Below, piece by piece: positions 60,305 through 64,000 of a stretch of 64,000 nt of DNA (position 1 is its first letter; the number at the start of each line of letters is the position of its first letter). Under the pieces are notes generated by a model that did no database searches, was not told the DNA's origin, and worked only from the letters and a program-made list of their open reading frames with translations. Made by a program: the position numbers and the translations under genes. The stretch is from Candidatus Omnitrophota bacterium (lineage in GTDB: Bacteria > Omnitrophota > Gorgyraeia > Gorgyraeales > Gorgyraeaceae), in contig JAHJHC010000032.1 in NCBI GenBank assembly GCA_018824145.1, forward strand, positions 5,330-69,329, written 5' to 3'.

Positions 60305-60736
60305 CTATTGGCTCATAAAAGAAAACTCAAATACACGGCCATCCGTATCAATTTTCCTTAAAGTACCTCTCATAACATCGTCTTTAATTTCACCCTGCCA
60401 AAGAGCGACATTACCTTCTCCATCCCTTTGCATTGTCTCCCAGATCACTGCCTCTTCTTTTACTATGACCGTAAACCCCGTAGGAGAATAACCCGCGTTT
60501 TCTAAGTTCATCGAAGAAACCCTGCCGTCTATAAAAGTTATCGTATCGATTTCCGGATTTTGTCTTTTATCACCCGTCGAAGTCAAACTGATAATCCATT
60601 CTGTATTATTCAGCTCTTCCTTTTTAGTCTGAGCCAGTTCCCTGGCCGACATATTCTGAGCTTGAGAAACACCCTGGATGAAAATCATACTACTTATTAT
60701 TAAAAAAATTAACATTTTTTTCATAATAGACATCAT
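60305..60736 (-). CDS. Secreted WETMQ-domain protein (paralog 3, minimal).
   Basis: It has a signal peptide. The core ..TEWIISLTS..DTITFIDGRVSSMNLENAGY..FTVIVKEEAVIWETMQRDGEGNVALWQGEIKDDVMRGTLRKIDTDGRVFEFSFMS is the same domain as paralog 2. Confidence 0.6.
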   Translation of the reverse strand: MMSIMKKMLIFLIISSMIFIQGVSQAQNMSARELAQTKKEELNNTEWIISLTSTGDKRQNPEIDTITFIDGRVSSMNLENAGYSPTGFTVIVKEEAVIWETMQRDGEGNVALWQGEIKDDVMRGTLRKIDTDGRVFEFSFMSQ

Positions 60737-60743
60737 GCCTCTC

Positions 60744-61985
60744 TTATTTACGCATTATATTTTTACCTTCATATGTTTCCCAGGTAAGCAGATATTTCCT
60801 CACCCAGTCCAAGTCACTATCTCCGCTTTTAGCCAGCCTTAAATAATGCCTGAAGTGTTCTATTGCCTTTTCACGATTAATCAAATATTCCGCATAGATA
60901 TAACCCAAATTAAAATGGGCATACGCATCTTCTGGATTTATCTCCACGGCCTTTAAAAATTCAGAAATAGCCCGTTTGTATTCCTGCCTTTTAGTATAAA
61001 ACACCCCTAAATTATAGTGCATCTGGGACGTTTCTTTCAAAAGCCTTGTATTTTGCCTGGAAATCTCTGTGAATCTTTTGGGAATACGTTTCGCCTCCCG
61101 CTCCAATGCATTATTTTTCTTTACTGCATCGCTATAATTTTTCTTATATTCACTTAGATTTTCATTTATTTTTTTGACTTCTTTATCTATTTTGTCCTTA
61201 GCCTTTTCAAGATAATTAACCTCTTTCTGACTCTTTGCATAATCATTTTTGAATTTATCGATACTCTTATTTAAATCCTTGATCTCTTCTTCCTTATCAT
61301 TGCGCAGCTCCGCTAATTCCTCATCTTTATTTTTACGTAACTCGGCTATTTCTTTATTTATCCGTTCATTATCCTTCTTGAATTTATCGAGTTCTGCCTG
61401 AGTATCTTTAAGATCAGACTTCAATGTCTGGCATTCCTTTGACAAACCAGCAATTTTCTTTTCACTCTCTATTAAAGCCTTTTCACTCTCTTGTTCCAAA
61501 GTTAAAATTTTCTTCTGTAACTCTTTTACCAACGTGCCTTTTTTCGCCTTTTCGTAAGCAGTTTTAAAATGCCCGCTCTCAGACTCTAACTCTGCCACAG
61601 TATCCTTAAGCTGTTTGAGTTCTTCCTGTATTTTTTGATTCAGACTCAACATCTCTTCTTTTTCTTTTTCAAAGGCCTCTTTTTCTAACTCCAGACTCTC
61701 TATGGATTCTTCTAAATCTGCCACGCTTCTTTTCTCCTTAAGAAGGCGCTTGGCCTGAATCAATAAATTATTGCGATCCTGTTTTACTGCCTCAAATTTT
61801 TCAAGGAGTCCATTATATTCCTTCTCAAGATCACGTTTATCTAAACTAATCTCTTCATTGCCTGGCTCTGCGCCTTCTAATTGGCTTATAGAATCATGCT
61901 TGAGTACAAAGCCCGCCCCTTCATTTATCAAAAAAATAACTAATATTGAAATCACTGTCCTTAATAATAACTTATATTTACTCAT
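60744..61985 (-). CDS. Coiled-coil protein with an N-terminal anchor or signal and a C-terminal TPR module.
   Basis: The 413-aa protein has a long K/E-rich heptad region. The C-terminus YNLGVFYTKRQEYKRAISEFLKAVEINPEDAYAHFNLGYIY is a TPR pair. Confidence 0.55.
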   Translation of the reverse strand: MSKYKLLLRTVISILVIFLINEGAGFVLKHDSISQLEGAEPGNEEISLDKRDLEKEYNGLLEKFEAVKQDRNNLLIQAKRLLKEKRSVADLEESIESLELEKEAFEKEKEEMLSLNQKIQEELKQLKDTVAELESESGHFKTAYEKAKKGTLVKELQKKILTLEQESEKALIESEKKIAGLSKECQTLKSDLKDTQAELDKFKKDNERINKEIAELRKNKDEELAELRNDKEEEIKDLNKSIDKFKNDYAKSQKEVNYLEKAKDKIDKEVKKINENLSEYKKNYSDAVKKNNALEREAKRIPKRFTEISRQNTRLLKETSQMHYNLGVFYTKRQEYKRAISEFLKAVEINPEDAYAHFNLGYIYAEYLINREKAIEHFRHYLRLAKSGDSDLDWVRKYLLTWETYEGKNIMRK

Positions 61986-62019
61986 TTTTTTTCTCCTAAT
62001 ATATTATTAATCAAATAAT

Positions 62020-63882
62020 CTAATCTCTAATATCTTTTATCCCAACAGGGGATTCATCTTCTATCTCCGCCCCCTCTTCTGTTACCTCAATCTCATCTTT
62101 TAAATCCGAAGAATACTCTTTATATGGCTTTACTTTCTCCTCAGGAGGTTCCTTAACCTCTTCAAAATCTGTTTCAGTAGTAAAAGCACTGTAGTCTTCG
62201 TAATCTTTTCCCGGCATATATCCATACTCTCTAGCATCTCCTGTAGTTAAAAAATCTCCGGTTACGATATGCGGGGTAAGCATAATTAACAATTCTGTCT
62301 TATCGGTTGATTTAGTAGTTGATCTAAATAAATTGCCCAACAATGGGATATTGCCTAAAAAAGGGACCTTCTCTGTACTCTCTGCCTCCTCTTCTCTACG
62401 CATACCTCCGATAACAATGGTCGTACCGTCTTTAACCATAACTGTAGTTTCTGTAGTGGAAGTGTCAATTATCGGTATCTGATTGCCTGATGGTGTAGTA
62501 AGAGTAGATGTGACGCTGGAAATCTCCGGCTTTATTTTCATAGTTATATATCCATCGTCATTTATAGTCGGGGTTACTGACAACTGAATCCCTACGTCTA
62601 TAAAAGTCACTTCTTCCGAGACAGTAGTAGTGGTCTGTCCTGTAGTAGTAGTGGTGGTAACATACGCCTGGCGTTCACCGACGTGGATCCTGGCCTCCTG
62701 GTTATTTATTACAGCCAACTTGGGATTAGAAAGGATCTGTGTATTGCCCAGAGTCTGCAAATATTTAACTAGAAAATCCAGGTCCCTTTTAGAATCTATC
62801 ATACCTATATGCATATTTTCGCCAACAGTAGTTTTTGAACCTCCTGCATAGCTGGTCGCAGTACCACTAAATGGGATAGAGCCTATCTCACCAGCCATAT
62901 CCCTTACAACCTCCTGTCTCGATCTCCAAGTATCAGTAGTAGCTTGTACAGCACTAAACGGATAATTCCCTAAATAAGTCATTCCATATTGCTGACCTAA
63001 ATTATGTATCCCCTCCCATTCAACACCATAATCTACTTGATCGATTAATTTAATTTTTATAATTTGGGCGTCGATCAAAACCTCTTTTGTCTTTGTGTCT
63101 AATTTTGCAATCAATTTTTCAACCTCCTGCATCCTCTCCGGCAATGCCTGGACAACAATAAGATTCGAACGTTCATCTGCCTTGACTGAACCAACCTTCT
63201 TGGCATCCAGTCGCAGTTTGAGTTGTTCTTCTATATCTTTAGCCATGGCATATTTCAGGGTAAATACCTGCACTAAATTTTCCTGTTCCATAGTCGCCAA
63301 AGCTCTTTCAATTTCTATAATATTTTCCGGTGTATCCATAATCAAAGCAGTGCCCGAGTCAGGCTCGACCAATACCCTTCCGATATCGCTCTTTAAGGTA
63401 TCGAAAAGGGAAAATGCCTGGTCAGGAATAGCATATTTGAGCCGGAAGGTCTTGACCTGGCGAATATCGGCAAAGTTCTTCCCAAAAATCGCCCTATACT
63501 CTTTTTCTGTCATTATATTATAGATATCTCCCTGTTTCATATAAGCAAGCTCGTTCGAACGTAACATTATATCAAATATATCTTTAATTAATACGTTTTC
63601 AACCGTAAGTGAAATCCTGCCAGTTACTTTTTTTGTAGTAATAATGTTCAAACCTGCTTTCAATGCCACAAACTTAAGGGCATCTATTATGTCAATATTC
63701 CTCAGGTCTAAAGAGATCTTCCCTTGCATGCCTCCGGTTATAGGTATAAGAGGTCCGTTTCCTACGGCACCAGTATCATCTAAAACCATCTGTGCTAACT
63801 GGGTAGTATCTTTCTCAACTGCAAACGAATAGTTTACTAATAAGGAAATTAAGACTGTAAATAAGCATGTCTTCTTTATCAT
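62020..63882 (-). CDS. Secretin (PilQ/GspD family outer-membrane channel).
   Basis: It has a signal peptide, an N0-like domain (ISLDLRNIDIIDALKFVALKAGLNIIT), an N1-like domain (VQVFTLKYAMAKDIEEQLK) and the secretin hallmark VPFLGNIPLLGNLFR. Its ATG overlaps the upstream gene stop (ATGA). Confidence 0.85.
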   Translation of the reverse strand: MIKKTCLFTVLISLLVNYSFAVEKDTTQLAQMVLDDTGAVGNGPLIPITGGMQGKISLDLRNIDIIDALKFVALKAGLNIITTKKVTGRISLTVENVLIKDIFDIMLRSNELAYMKQGDIYNIMTEKEYRAIFGKNFADIRQVKTFRLKYAIPDQAFSLFDTLKSDIGRVLVEPDSGTALIMDTPENIIEIERALATMEQENLVQVFTLKYAMAKDIEEQLKLRLDAKKVGSVKADERSNLIVVQALPERMQEVEKLIAKLDTKTKEVLIDAQIIKIKLIDQVDYGVEWEGIHNLGQQYGMTYLGNYPFSAVQATTDTWRSRQEVVRDMAGEIGSIPFSGTATSYAGGSKTTVGENMHIGMIDSKRDLDFLVKYLQTLGNTQILSNPKLAVINNQEARIHVGERQAYVTTTTTTGQTTTTVSEEVTFIDVGIQLSVTPTINDDGYITMKIKPEISSVTSTLTTPSGNQIPIIDTSTTETTVMVKDGTTIVIGGMRREEEAESTEKVPFLGNIPLLGNLFRSTTKSTDKTELLIMLTPHIVTGDFLTTGDAREYGYMPGKDYEDYSAFTTETDFEEVKEPPEEKVKPYKEYSSDLKDEIEVTEEGAEIEDESPVGIKDIRD

Positions 63883-64000
63883 TTCAACTCCATCTCTTCT
63901 CCGGCGTAACCTAAAATAACCTTATCTTTAAAAATAGCCTGGACCTTTATGTCGCCAATCATCTGACCTCTTTTCACGAAAAAAGTCCTCATTGCCTTTG
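63880..64000 (-). CDS. The 3' end of a gene running in from beyond the window, possibly PilP-like.
   Basis: The frame is open to the window edge and translates to ...KAMRTFFVKRGQMIGDIKVQAIFKDKVILGYAGEEMELK*. The stop TGA overlaps the secretin ATG. The beta-rich C-terminus resembles PilP and the gene sits immediately upstream of a secretin. Confidence 0.3.

Noticed and set aside
63883-63932. An alternative reading frame ending at about 63930 (...KGNEDFFREKRSDDWRHKGPGYF*) for the edge gene.
   Set aside because: The other frame stays open to the window edge and ends in a TGA overlapping the secretin ATG, matching the ATGA coupling pattern used elsewhere in this locus. I therefore prefer that frame, but with low confidence.

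Overview
This is an AT-rich (about 35-40% GC by eye) 64-kb window in which every supported gene lies on the minus strand, and the region looks like one large cell-envelope locus. Reading 5'->3' on the minus strand (high to low coordinates) I see the following. (1) The tail of a PilP-like gene and a PilQ/GspD-family secretin. (2) A block of secreted or periplasmic proteins: a coiled-coil/TPR protein, two small paralogs sharing a new 'WETMQ' domain, a lipoprotein-like protein, and a SurA-like cyclophilin-type PPIase. (3) A glycosylation-type cluster: a GT9 heptosyltransferase-like gene, a flippase-like membrane protein, five paralogous TMTC/DUF1736-type GT-C membrane glycosyltransferase-like proteins with TPR tails, and two tandem B12-binding radical SAM enzymes. 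(4) A self-contained mini-gene with a near-consensus promoter, a 32-aa basic peptide and a terminator. (5) An operon made of a membrane-anchored HUH(IS200/COG1943-like)-domain fusion protein, a small secreted protein, and a 32,010-bp gene for a 10,669-aa surface protein. That protein consists of more than 100 Ig-like beta-sandwich repeats arranged in a nested 2.33-kb super-repeat and segmental-duplication structure. (6) A strong 3'-UTR inverted repeat plus an intrinsic terminator. (7) An atypical F-type ATPase operon (unknown membrane protein, epsilon, c, b-delta fusion, alpha, gamma, beta) with no a-subunit gene. Its c-subunit has Gln at the conserved ion-binding carboxylate position. This operon continues with 3-13 nt gaps into a stand-alone MshEN-domain gene and a GspE/PilB-type secretion ATPase that runs off the window. 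The two candidate novel systems are the proton-blind F1Fo-like ATPase coupled to secretion-ATPase genes, and a dedicated multi-paralog GT-C glycosylation, chaperone and HUH-fusion apparatus beside the giant Ig-repeat gene. A giant-gene lineage such as Omnitrophota is plausible but cannot be established from the sequence alone.
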